From the NCBI GenBank assembly GCA_963925895.1, contig CAWUVH010000005.1, positions 10,035-74,034 on the forward strand: 64,000 nt of DNA, given 5' to 3'. Numbering within the stretch: the stretch's first letter is position 1; each line of letters begins with the position of its first letter. Position numbers and translations under genes: made by a program. The notes under the pieces were generated by a model. It was given only the letters and a program-made list of their open reading frames with translations, was not told the origin of the DNA and searched no databases. Shown here piece by piece: positions 20,283 to 29,661 of the stretch. This DNA is from an uncultured Burkholderiales bacterium. Lineage in GTDB: Bacteria > Pseudomonadota > Gammaproteobacteria > Burkholderiales > Eutrophovitaceae.

Positions 20283-21074
20283 ATGTCTCAATTCCTAAAT
20301 ATTCAAGAAAACGGGCCCATCGTAACCTTGACGATGAATGAGCCAGAAACTCGTAATGCTCTGACGGGTAATACCGCGGCTGATGAGTTTGTCAGCATCT
20401 GCAATCAGATTGACTCAAATAAAAAAATTAAAGCCGTCATCATCACTGGAAATGGGACCGCATTTTCTGCTGGCGGCAACCTAAAAGATATGAAAAAAAT
20501 GCTCGATGATGATCTATCGAGTGAACTCATTAGAGAAAGTTATCGTCAAGGCATTCAACGCATCCCATTGGCACTTTATAACCTTGAGGTTCCTACAATT
20601 GCCGCAGTCAACGGGCCAGCCATTGGTGCCGGATGTGATTTAGCCTGTATGTGCGATATGCGCATTGCGTCTCACAATGCAAGTTTTGCTGAGAGCTTTG
20701 TAAAAATCGGCATCATTCCGGGAGATGGTGGGGCGTGGTTCCTGCCTCGAGTTGTGGGTATGTCGAAAGCAGCAGAAATGAGCTTTACGGGCGATAGCGT
20801 TGATGCTGAAGAGGCCCTAAAAATTGGCCTAATTTCTCAATTAACAACCCCGGAAACACTACTTGCAGAAGCTAACTCGCTCGCTGAACGCATATCGGCA
20901 AATCCCAGTCTAGTCCTTAGAATGACTAAGAAGCTCTTAAGGGAGGGGCAAAGACAGGACTTAGCCAGCTTGCTCGAGCTTTCAGCCAATCTTCAATCCA
21001 TTGCTCACAAAACCGCCGATCACCATGAGGCCGTGCATGCTTTTCTAGAAAAAAGAAAACCAAAATTTCAATAA
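20283..21074 (+). CDS. Enoyl-CoA hydratase/isomerase (crotonase) family
   Basis: AFSAGGN, AAVNGPAIGAG, FAESFVKIGIIPGDGG. Confidence 0.88.
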   Translation: MSQFLNIQENGPIVTLTMNEPETRNALTGNTAADEFVSICNQIDSNKKIKAVIITGNGTAFSAGGNLKDMKKMLDDDLSSELIRESYRQGIQRIPLALYNLEVPTIAAVNGPAIGAGCDLACMCDMRIASHNASFAESFVKIGIIPGDGGAWFLPRVVGMSKAAEMSFTGDSVDAEEALKIGLISQLTTPETLLAEANSLAERISANPSLVLRMTKKLLREGQRQDLASLLELSANLQSIAHKTADHHEAVHAFLEKRKPKFQ

Positions 21075-21271
21075 TCACTCGCTACGGAACAACCAGAGAA
21101 TCAAGCTCAATACAATTAGCTCTTAGTTTTCTTGGACAGATAGGCTTCCATCGTTGTAGGATACTTGATCAATTTAAAATTGGAATTATTTCGGCTTCAA
21201 AGTAGACAGTCACCAAAAGCGACTAACGAATCTTTGCCAGCCAGTTATAACTATAAATAGAGGAAAACATC

Positions 21272-21598
21272 ATGTCTGATTTCCGATTAGAGCATGCCAA
21301 CATCCCATCTGAAAAACCCCATGATATGGCGAAATGGTACGCTGAAACTTTTGAATTATCAGCAGATCAACATGTGGTCAGAGGTGATGGGGTCTTAATA
21401 GCGTTCCAACAAGGCACCCCCATCAACCAACCTTCAATGCTTCATTTCGGATTTAAAGTCCGAAATATGGCCAAACTGCATGAATGGAGAGACCGGTTCG
21501 ACAAGCCTCTCAAAATTGGCCCTGAATTCACATCCTTTCAAGTGCTCGACCCTGAAGGTAATTGTGTTGAGATCTACGCAGAGAATGCAAGCGTTTGA
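21272..21598 (+). CDS. VOC/glyoxalase family protein
   Basis: LEH...WY, LHFGF, DPEGNCVE; GAGGA RBS. Confidence 0.8.
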   Translation: MSDFRLEHANIPSEKPHDMAKWYAETFELSADQHVVRGDGVLIAFQQGTPINQPSMLHFGFKVRNMAKLHEWRDRFDKPLKIGPEFTSFQVLDPEGNCVEIYAENASV

Positions 21599-21659
21599 TT
21601 TAGGCTAGCGCCACCAACCATTACGCTTACACTTCAATCAGTAGGTCGAAGGGGAAACT

Positions 21660-22586
21660 ATGAAAATCGCAATATTAGGATGCGGGGCGATGGGCAGCGT
21701 CTACGCCGCACTATTGGCTGATGCAGGTCATGACGTGTGGGCAGTTGATTCATGGCAAGATCACGTCGCAGCGATCAAAAAAAATGGTTTACGCTTAGAG
21801 GGTGCATCTGGATCCAGAATCGTCAAACTAAATGCCACAACAGATACAACTGACGTTGGAGAGTGTGACCTAGTCATCATCGCGACCAAAGCAATGCATG
21901 TAGGGGCCGCCGCGCAGTCAGCCGTATCGTTGATGGGTGCTAACACAGCAGTACTCTCGATTCAAAATGGGTTGGGAGGTCCTGAAACCGCAGCGAAAAT
22001 ACTCGGATTTGAAAACGTAGCAGTTGGTGTCGTTGGCGGCTTCGGCGCGTCCATTAAAGAGCCAGGTTACGCCCACCACAATGGCTGGGAACTCGTTCGG
22101 CTGGGTGAATTTTCAGGGCCAGTGACCGATAGACTGCGAACAATTGCGGCAACGTGGGAGTCCGGCGGATTCCGCGTAGAGTGCTTTGATGATATTGACC
22201 AACTGATCTGGGAAAAACTAATCTGCAACGTGTGCTTCTCGGGGACTTGTGCGATAACCGGTCTCACTATCGGAGAGGTGATGGAAGATTCAGACGCATG
22301 GATTTGCGCATCGAATTGTGCGCGGGAAGCTCATAACGTTGCCGTGGCCAAAAACATTAATGTTCGAATCGATGACCCTATCGATTACGTTAAAAATTTC
22401 GGCTCAAAAATACCAAACGCCAAACCTTCGATGCTGCTCGATCACTTATCTGGTCGTATGTCTGAAATTGATGCCATTAACGGTGCGATACCGAATGTTG
22501 GACTAGAAGTAAGTGTCGAAACGCCATTTAATGCAGCGATCAGCGCTCTAGTAAGAAATAAAGAAAAACAAATGGGTGTCCGTTAA
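21660..22586 (+). CDS. Ketopantoate reductase (PanE/ApbA) family oxidoreductase
   Basis: GCGAMG, ATK, QNG, WEKL, SMLLD..SEIDAING. Confidence 0.88.
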   Translation: MKIAILGCGAMGSVYAALLADAGHDVWAVDSWQDHVAAIKKNGLRLEGASGSRIVKLNATTDTTDVGECDLVIIATKAMHVGAAAQSAVSLMGANTAVLSIQNGLGGPETAAKILGFENVAVGVVGGFGASIKEPGYAHHNGWELVRLGEFSGPVTDRLRTIAATWESGGFRVECFDDIDQLIWEKLICNVCFSGTCAITGLTIGEVMEDSDAWICASNCAREAHNVAVAKNINVRIDDPIDYVKNFGSKIPNAKPSMLLDHLSGRMSEIDAINGAIPNVGLEVSVETPFNAAISALVRNKEKQMGVR

Positions 22587-22620
22587 AAGTCATTCAAGAT
22601 AATTAAAACAGGAGATGGGA

Positions 22621-24099
22621 ATGGAACAATTCAAGATGTACATTGATGGTGATTTTGTCGAGGCGGCTTCAGGCGAATGGTTTGATAGCTTTGATCCTTT
22701 CACTGGAAAAGTTTGGTCGCAGGTGGCTGCAGGTGGCCCAGCAGATGTGGATCGAGCTGTACAGGCAGCACATAAAGCATTTACCAGCGGTCCCTGGTCA
22801 GAGTTGACCGCGAGTCAGCGTGGCATGCTGGTTCATAGACTCGGTGATCTGATCGCTAGGGACGCCCAAAAACTTGCAGAAATGGAAGTGCAAGACAACG
22901 GAAAATTACTCGCAGAAATGCAAGGTCAAGTTAATTACGTCCCTCAGTGGTTTTATTACTTTGGCGGCCTAGCCGATAAGATTGAAGGCTCAGTGATTCC
23001 TCTCGATAAGAAAGGTTACTTCAACTTCACACGCCATGAACCTCTTGGCGTTGTAGCGGCAATCACCGCCTGGAATTCACCACTTTTGTTACTGGCATGG
23101 AAACTTGCGCCAGCGCTAGCGGCCGGATGCACGGTCGTAATCAAGCCCTCAGAGTTTACATCGGCATCTACCTTAGAGTTTGTCAAACTCATTAAAGAGG
23201 CAGGCTTTCCCGACGGCGTTGTTAATGTGGTTACAGGGTATGGTAAAGACGTTGGTGAACCACTGACCTCGCATCCACTCGTTCGAAAAATCGCGTTCAC
23301 TGGCTCTGACGCCACTGGAAGAGCCATCAATCAAATAGCTGCGAAATCATTTAAACGCGTCACACTCGAGCTTGGAGGGAAATCTCCTAATATCGTTTTT
23401 GATGACGCCAACTTAGAAGATGCGGTTAACGGAGCAGTATCAGGCATATTTGCGGCAACTGGGCAAACCTGCATTGCTGGGTCGCGTTTACTTCTCCAAG
23501 AAAGCATTCACGACGAATTCGTAGAAAAACTCGTTTCGCTCGCAAAAACTGCTCGCATGGGTAATCCGATGAGCACCGAAACACAGGTAGGACCAATCAC
23601 CACAAAACCACAGTACGATAAAGTTCTTAGCTATATTGATGTGGCTAAAAATGAAGGTGCTAATCTAGCCCTTGGTGGCACACCGGCCAGCCGACCAGAA
23701 TGTGGTGAGGGGTGGTTCATCGAGCCGACTGTATTCACAGGCGTCACGAATGACATGAGAATCGCACAGGAAGAAGTATTCGGACCTGTACTCTCTGTAA
23801 TTAAATTCAAAGACGAAGAGGAAGCAGTAAAAATAGCAAACGATATTCGATTCGGTTTGGGCTCTGGTGTTTGGACCAGCGACATTGGTCGAGCCATCAG
23901 GATGTCAGAAAAAATTCAAGCAGGAACAGTTTGGGTAAATACGTATCGCGCAGTAAGCTACATGTCTCCATTCGGAGGTTACAAAGATTCCGGCGTGGGT
24001 CGAGAAAGTGGTATTGAAGCGATTTATCAGTACCTGCAAACAAAGAGCGTTTGGATCAACACAGGCGCTAAAACTGGCAATCCATTCGTCCTCAAATAA
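22621..24099 (+). CDS. NAD-dependent aldehyde dehydrogenase
   Basis: AWNSP, FTGS, LELGGKSP, GQTCIAG, EEVFGP, PFGG. Start at the second ATG fits the AGGAG spacing. Confidence 0.92.
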   Translation: MEQFKMYIDGDFVEAASGEWFDSFDPFTGKVWSQVAAGGPADVDRAVQAAHKAFTSGPWSELTASQRGMLVHRLGDLIARDAQKLAEMEVQDNGKLLAEMQGQVNYVPQWFYYFGGLADKIEGSVIPLDKKGYFNFTRHEPLGVVAAITAWNSPLLLLAWKLAPALAAGCTVVIKPSEFTSASTLEFVKLIKEAGFPDGVVNVVTGYGKDVGEPLTSHPLVRKIAFTGSDATGRAINQIAAKSFKRVTLELGGKSPNIVFDDANLEDAVNGAVSGIFAATGQTCIAGSRLLLQESIHDEFVEKLVSLAKTARMGNPMSTETQVGPITTKPQYDKVLSYIDVAKNEGANLALGGTPASRPECGEGWFIEPTVFTGVTNDMRIAQEEVFGPVLSVIKFKDEEEAVKIANDIRFGLGSGVWTSDIGRAIRMSEKIQAGTVWVNTYRAVSYMSPFGGYKDSGVGRESGIEAIYQYLQTKSVWINTGAKTGNPFVLK

Positions 24100-24127
24100 C
24101 AACACATATTCTTTAGGGAGATTCATT

Positions 24128-25180
24128 ATGAAAGGCATCGTTTTCCCCGGCAGTAAAAAACTAGAAATCTTAAATTTTCCGGACCCAACTCCAGGGCCTG
24201 GTGAGGTTGTTTTAGAGATTAAAGCCTCTGGCATGTGCGGCAGTGATCTGAAGTTCTATAGAGCAGAGGGAGGGGCCTCCTCCCTTGGTCTGGGCGATAT
24301 TGATGGACCCATCATTGCGGGTCACGAACCATGTGGAATAGTTGTAGCCGTTGGTGAAGGGGTGCCAGAAAATGTTGCCAAGGAAGGTATGCGAGTTATG
24401 CAGCACCACTACCGAGGTTGCGGTTCATGTGATCATTGCTCAACGGGATGGGAACAGCTGTGCATTGATGGGGTCAAGGAAGTATTCGGGGCAACCGGGC
24501 ATGGGGCGCACGCTAAATATATGAAATGTCCCGCCAGGACGCTGGTAGCACTGCCTGACGAACTCTCATTTAAATCAGGAGCTGCAATCTCCTGCGGTAC
24601 GGGTACAGCATGGGGTGCATTACAAAGACTGGAACTGATGGGCGATCAGACAATAGCGGTTTTTGGCCAAGGTCCTGTGGGGTTGTCTGCCACCCTCCTT
24701 GCCTCAAAAATGGGCTCCCGAGTAATCGCCCTTGATACGAGTGAAGAGCGGCTTCAACGAGCAAAGGAATTTGGAGCTGACGTACTGATTAACCCTGCCA
24801 AAACAGAAAATGTAGTTCAGGCGATCCGCGACGCAACACACGGTCGTGGTGCACATGCCTCACTGGACTGTTCATCGGCTCCTGCCGCACGCGCTCAAGC
24901 GGTGCAGTGCGTGCGCACTTGGGGTAAAGCTTGCTTTGTGGGTGAAGGGGATATCGTGACACTGAATGTCAGTAACGATATGTTGAGGCGTCAGGTCACG
25001 ATCATTGGCTCCTGGACATTCTCAAAAGTTGGGCAAGCCAAATGTGCTGAGTATGTGGCTGATAAAGAAATTTCGCTAGACGCCCTCTTCACGCATGAGT
25101 GGAAGTTAGATCAAGCAAAAGAGGCCTACGAGCTATTTGATCTGCAAAACTCGGGGAAAGGCGTCATCGACCCTTCTTAG
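24128..25180 (+). CDS. Zn-dependent alcohol/polyol dehydrogenase
   Basis: CGSD, GHE, structural CGSCDHC...C, GQGPVG. True start MKGIVFPG at 24128 after GGGAG (the ORF track over-extends it). Confidence 0.9.
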   Translation: MKGIVFPGSKKLEILNFPDPTPGPGEVVLEIKASGMCGSDLKFYRAEGGASSLGLGDIDGPIIAGHEPCGIVVAVGEGVPENVAKEGMRVMQHHYRGCGSCDHCSTGWEQLCIDGVKEVFGATGHGAHAKYMKCPARTLVALPDELSFKSGAAISCGTGTAWGALQRLELMGDQTIAVFGQGPVGLSATLLASKMGSRVIALDTSEERLQRAKEFGADVLINPAKTENVVQAIRDATHGRGAHASLDCSSAPAARAQAVQCVRTWGKACFVGEGDIVTLNVSNDMLRRQVTIIGSWTFSKVGQAKCAEYVADKEISLDALFTHEWKLDQAKEAYELFDLQNSGKGVIDPS

Positions 25181-25200
25181 ATGGGAGCATAAATCACACT

Positions 25201-26067
25201 ATGTTTGAAGGATTTCAATTAAAAACGATCGAAGTTAACGATGTTTCGATACGACTAAGAGTAGGAGGGAGTGGCCCCCCCCTACTGTTGTTGCATGGCA
25301 ATCCGCAAACGCATGTGATGTGGCACCTAGTCGCTCCCGAACTCAGTAAACGTTTTACCGTTGTCGCCACTGATTTAACTGGATATGGCGAAAGTTCCAA
25401 ACCTCCCTCATCTAAAGACCATATGGCATACAGCAAAAGATCCATGGCTAGCGATCAGGTTGCGGTCATGCGAGAACTTGGATTTGCACAGTTCAGCGTT
25501 GCCGGGCATGACCGAGGCGGTCGAGTCGCCTACCGAATGGCTCTAGATCATCCAGCCGCTATAAAAAAACTCGCCGTTCTTGACATCATTCCTACGCTGG
25601 AATCGTTCCAACGCTCCAATTCAGAATTTAGCTTAGGGTACTACCACTGGTTTTTCCTGGCTCAACCCAGCCCATTACCTGAGACCCTAATAAACCAAAC
25701 ACCTGAATGGTTCTGGCGTTGGCATACCAACCGGTCGTCAAGAGACTTCTTTGCGAAAACAGCTGTCGAAGACTATCTCAAATGTTTTAAAAACCCTGAA
25801 ACCGTTCGTGCCATTTGTGAAGATTACCGCGCCGGCATATCCATTGATTGTGAACATGATTTAGCCGACCAGAAGGCTGGCCATAAAATTACTTGCCCCG
25901 TATTAGCGCTGTGGGGAAAACAAGCGAAACTAGAACTGTGGTACGACACGCTTAAAATTTGGCGGTCATGGGCTACTGAGGTTCAAGGATTCGGGATTGA
26001 TTGCGGACACTACCTAGCCGAGGAGAAATCAGAACAAACCACTAAGGCGCTAAGTGATTTTTTTTAA
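25201..26067 (+). CDS. Fluoroacetate/haloacetate dehalogenase-type alpha/beta hydrolase
   Basis: HGNPQTHVMWH, GHDRGGR (Asp nucleophile plus two Arg), LDIIPT, YYHWFFLAQP, CEDYRAG, GHYLAEE. Confidence 0.8.
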   Translation: MFEGFQLKTIEVNDVSIRLRVGGSGPPLLLLHGNPQTHVMWHLVAPELSKRFTVVATDLTGYGESSKPPSSKDHMAYSKRSMASDQVAVMRELGFAQFSVAGHDRGGRVAYRMALDHPAAIKKLAVLDIIPTLESFQRSNSEFSLGYYHWFFLAQPSPLPETLINQTPEWFWRWHTNRSSRDFFAKTAVEDYLKCFKNPETVRAICEDYRAGISIDCEHDLADQKAGHKITCPVLALWGKQAKLELWYDTLKIWRSWATEVQGFGIDCGHYLAEEKSEQTTKALSDFF

Positions 26068-26093
26068 CAGAATAGCTTCTTTGGATTACAAAA

Positions 26094-26954
26094 ATGATTG
26101 ATGTGACGCATCACCACTTCGAGACCAGAGACGCTAGATTACACTATGTGACCGCAGGTTCAGGCTTTCCCTTGGTATTGCTGCATGGTTGGCCTCAAAG
26201 TTGGTATTCCTGGCACAAAATGATACCCATACTGTCACAAAAATATTCGATTATTGCGCCAGACCTTAGAGGTCTTGGTGATTCCTCCCGACCGTTAACG
26301 GGATACGAGAAAGCCAATATCGCTGAGGACATTCGACGTTTGATTCACGAACACCTCAACATCAACCAATACTTTTTGATGGCCCACGATTTGGGTGGAC
26401 CGGTTGCCTTTGTTCTTGCTTCAGAAAACCCAGAACACATTAAAAAATTAGTGATGTTAGATACCGCTGTACCAGGAGACGGCAGTGGAACCTTCTCCCA
26501 AAATGGCAAACGCTGGCATCACGCCTTCCACCAAACAGCCGACTTGCCGGAATCGCTAGTAGCTGGCAGAGAAGAGATTTATTTTGGTTGGTTCTATAAC
26601 AACTATGGATACCAATCAAACGCAATTTCTCATGAAGATCAGCTTGAATACTTAAGGACTTACAAACAACCTGGCACACTTCGCTCTGGCTTTGCCTATT
26701 ACCGTGCACTTGATGAGGATGTGCGCTACAACGAAAAATTGATACAAAAAAATGGCCAGCTCACGATGCCAGTTCTAGCATTAGGTGGGGGCAGCGCTTT
26801 TGGTCGCGGAATAGAAACCTACGAATCGCTGAAGCGCGTGAGCAAACAGGTTAACGGCGGTGTAATTGATGACTGCGGTCACTGGATGCAAGAAGAAAAA
26901 CCAGAAGAAATTCTAGGACACGTGTTGCCTTTTCTGGATGAAGGGCCTAACTAA
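26094..26954 (+). CDS. Epoxide hydrolase, Cif-like (His/Tyr ring-opening pair)
   Basis: HGWPQ, AHDLGG, WHHAFH, FAYYRAL, CGHWMQEE. Confidence 0.72.
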   Translation: MIDVTHHHFETRDARLHYVTAGSGFPLVLLHGWPQSWYSWHKMIPILSQKYSIIAPDLRGLGDSSRPLTGYEKANIAEDIRRLIHEHLNINQYFLMAHDLGGPVAFVLASENPEHIKKLVMLDTAVPGDGSGTFSQNGKRWHHAFHQTADLPESLVAGREEIYFGWFYNNYGYQSNAISHEDQLEYLRTYKQPGTLRSGFAYYRALDEDVRYNEKLIQKNGQLTMPVLALGGGSAFGRGIETYESLKRVSKQVNGGVIDDCGHWMQEEKPEEILGHVLPFLDEGPN

Positions 26955-26965
26955 TCTTAGATCGT

Positions 26966-27748
26966 CTACTGAGCGGTCCAACCTCCATCAACAAGTAAGT
27001 GGGTGCCCGTAACCATGGACGCTGCCGGTGACGCGAGATAAACAGCTGCTGCTGCTACATCCTCCAGTTTGGCCAAACGACCCATGGGTATTCTAGAAGT
27101 GACGAACTCTTTCTTCTCCGGTGTGTCGACGATACGCTTAACCATAGGTGTTTCTGAAAATGTTGGGCCAATACTATTCACACGGATATTTTTATCAGCC
27201 AACTCGACCGCCATCGCTTTAGTAAGCCCCTCAATCGCATGCTTGGTCATGCAATAAACAGTTCTATTGGGGGAGCCTACATGCCCCATCTGAGAGGACA
27301 TATTAACGACACATGCACCTTTTTCATCTAAATCTGCAGACCTCAACATCACTTGGACTGCTGACTGGGCAGCCACAAAACAGGCCCTTACATTTAAATT
27401 AAGCATGGTATCTAAATGATCGTCGCTGACATCAAGGAAAGGTTCTGGAAAATTTGTACCCGCATTATTAACCAGAATATCTAAACGCGATAACCCACCT
27501 ATCGAACTACGCAATTTTTGATCGTCGGTCACATCGCAGACGATTACAGAGGCCTCACCGCCATCTTGACGTATGAAATCAGCAGTTTCTTGTAGGTAGC
27601 TTTCGGTCCGTCCAAGTAGGACAACTGACGCGCCGGCCTTCGCATAGGCTATGGAAATCGATGCCCCGAGACCTTGGCCTGCCCCTGTTACCAGGGCTAC
27701 ACGACCGTCAAGTCGGAAGGAAGACATAGAGAACTGATCCTTAATCAC
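26966..27748 (-). CDS. Classical SDR oxidoreductase
   Basis: TGAGQGLG, NNAG, SSQMG, YCMTK, VDGGWTAQ. Confidence 0.88.
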   Translation of the reverse strand: MIKDQFSMSSFRLDGRVALVTGAGQGLGASISIAYAKAGASVVLLGRTESYLQETADFIRQDGGEASVIVCDVTDDQKLRSSIGGLSRLDILVNNAGTNFPEPFLDVSDDHLDTMLNLNVRACFVAAQSAVQVMLRSADLDEKGACVVNMSSQMGHVGSPNRTVYCMTKHAIEGLTKAMAVELADKNIRVNSIGPTFSETPMVKRIVDTPEKKEFVTSRIPMGRLAKLEDVAAAAVYLASPAASMVTGTHLLVDGGWTAQ

Positions 27749-27797
27749 CTCATACTCCCTTCCTAATCTAACAATACTAAATCAGTCATTTCAAGTT

Positions 27798-29315
27798 TTA
27801 CGCTGACTCACCAAACATATCATCAACGTGTGCTTGTGGCAGCCGTTTTGTTAATAGACTCACGACGATCATCGTGACAGCTGCCGCAATAATACTTAGG
27901 CCCGCAATCACAAATGGATTTTTATAGGGTACATCTTTGAGCACAAAGCAATAGATGACGCTGGCTCCGAAGCCAATCACGCCAACCAAGAATGATGCAA
28001 TCGCCCCAGACTTAGTAGCCCGTTTCCACAAAGAACCAATCAAGAGAGGTCCCGTCGCCCCAGAGAGAATGCCACCAACCCCCATCCACAGCAATACCGC
28101 CAAAAACTGCGGTGGTTCCCACGCTAGCCAACAAGCCACCACGCCAACTAAAACAATGGCAACTCGAGAAGTATTGAGTGCTATTTGCTCAATCTGCTCT
28201 TTGGATTTGTGCTTGTGTATGATTGGCGCGAAGGTCTTTTTATAGAGATCGTTACTGAAGATAACCGCGATGGAGATGAATAGCCCATCGGAGGTCGACA
28301 TAATGGCTGACAACACACCCACTCCTAATAGTCCAGCAAAAAATGGAGGAAAGAGTTGTGTGAACAAAACAGGAATAGCCGCGTCAGGTCTGATGTCCGC
28401 ACCAAATAATGCTCGAGCGTGCAGTCCACCTAAAACAGTAAAGCCCAAGATGGAACCGACCGGAATGGCGATCAGCATGAATGTGCGAATTTGTTTGGGG
28501 TCTTTGAGCGCAAACGCTAACTTGCCGATATGTGGGTTCATAGCGAACGGGATGTGCGCAACGAAAATTAATGAGATCACCCAGAAACTACCGAACAGTA
28601 TATCGCCCTCTTTGAAGTAGTTATCCCAACCCAAACTCGGGTCTTGCTTAACCAGTGCGTCGTTAATGAGCGATGGGCCCGTACCTTCGAAACCGACACC
28701 CATAAAAAATATCACACCAATAATAAGCGCGATCAAAACCATCATCACACCTTGTATCCCATCAGTCATGATGTCGGCATGAGAACCCCCCATCGTAATG
28801 TAGAGGGCGATCACTGCAACACTGGCTAAAATGCCATGCTGATAATTTAAACCCAGCAACACCTCGAATATTGTAGCTGCTGCAACAATTTGAGCGGCAA
28901 TGTAGTAGACCAGCAAAATCGAGACGAGTGCAAAGGCAATTCTCAAAAAATTACTGTTGTACCGCTGCCCCAAGAATTCAGGCAATGAATTGGAACGAAA
29001 CTTATCGCCGGCACGCTTAATCAATTTGATCGCTAAAATCATCCCGACGTAAATAGCGATTGGATAGGTTGCGGGATACCAAATTGCTGCAAAACCTTTC
29101 GAATAAGCCATTCCGGGCACACTCATGAAGGTCGCCCCACTGGCGATTGTTGCTGCAAAAGCAAATGCCAACGTTATCGGGCCATATGCACCACGAGCCA
29201 CCGCGAAGTCCTCGTCATTTTTGGTTTTTTTCATGCCCCAAACACCAATGCCAATGAATAGCACTAAAAACGCTACTACCCAAATCCATCCCCACATTCC
29301 GATATACGTGTCCAT
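27798..29315 (-). CDS. Sodium:solute symporter (SSS; PanF/PutP-like)
   Basis: About 13 TM segments, EDFAVA, ATIASGATFMSVPG, EFLGQRY, TDGIQG, SAIMSTSD. Confidence 0.9.
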   Translation of the reverse strand: MDTYIGMWGWIWVVAFLVLFIGIGVWGMKKTKNDEDFAVARGAYGPITLAFAFAATIASGATFMSVPGMAYSKGFAAIWYPATYPIAIYVGMILAIKLIKRAGDKFRSNSLPEFLGQRYNSNFLRIAFALVSILLVYYIAAQIVAAATIFEVLLGLNYQHGILASVAVIALYITMGGSHADIMTDGIQGVMMVLIALIIGVIFFMGVGFEGTGPSLINDALVKQDPSLGWDNYFKEGDILFGSFWVISLIFVAHIPFAMNPHIGKLAFALKDPKQIRTFMLIAIPVGSILGFTVLGGLHARALFGADIRPDAAIPVLFTQLFPPFFAGLLGVGVLSAIMSTSDGLFISIAVIFSNDLYKKTFAPIIHKHKSKEQIEQIALNTSRVAIVLVGVVACWLAWEPPQFLAVLLWMGVGGILSGATGPLLIGSLWKRATKSGAIASFLVGVIGFGASVIYCFVLKDVPYKNPFVIAGLSIIAAAVTMIVVSLLTKRLPQAHVDDMFGESA

Positions 29316-29375
29316 ATCTTATTTGCTCTCTAAAATTTAGTTTGAAACGAGACTAGATTGAATTTAAATAATTAC

Positions 29376-29471
29376 TTATTCCCAATCCTTATCTGATTTT
29401 CTTGCTATATAGGTCATACCAATCACCCAATAACCGACGACGATGATGCACATGAGAGTTAGAACGTTCAT
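29376..29471 (-). CDS. Small single-TM protein (31 aa), likely SSS symporter accessory protein; not in ORF track
   Basis: MNVLTLMCIIVVGYWVIGMTYIARKSDKDWE*; strong GAGGAG RBS ~6 nt upstream; lies 60 nt upstream of the SSS gene on the same strand. Confidence 0.75.
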   Translation of the reverse strand: MNVLTLMCIIVVGYWVIGMTYIARKSDKDWE

Positions 29472-29661
29472 AATATCTCCTCTTACTAAATATTTTTTTA
29501 GTTTTAAATTAGTTTGGGAATGCTAACACTAAAGAGAAAAAGCCAATACCCTTATTACTTATGCCATCAGTTTTGCAAAGCACAAATGCTCGCCTAATTA
29601 AAAGTAACAACTGAATCAAAACAATTCAACACAATGCAATTTGAACAATGAAAATATTCTC

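Noticed and set aside
24008-24127. Apparent 92-nt overlap between ALDH and Zn-ADH
   Set aside because: ORF-caller extension; the real start is ATG 24128 with an RBS.
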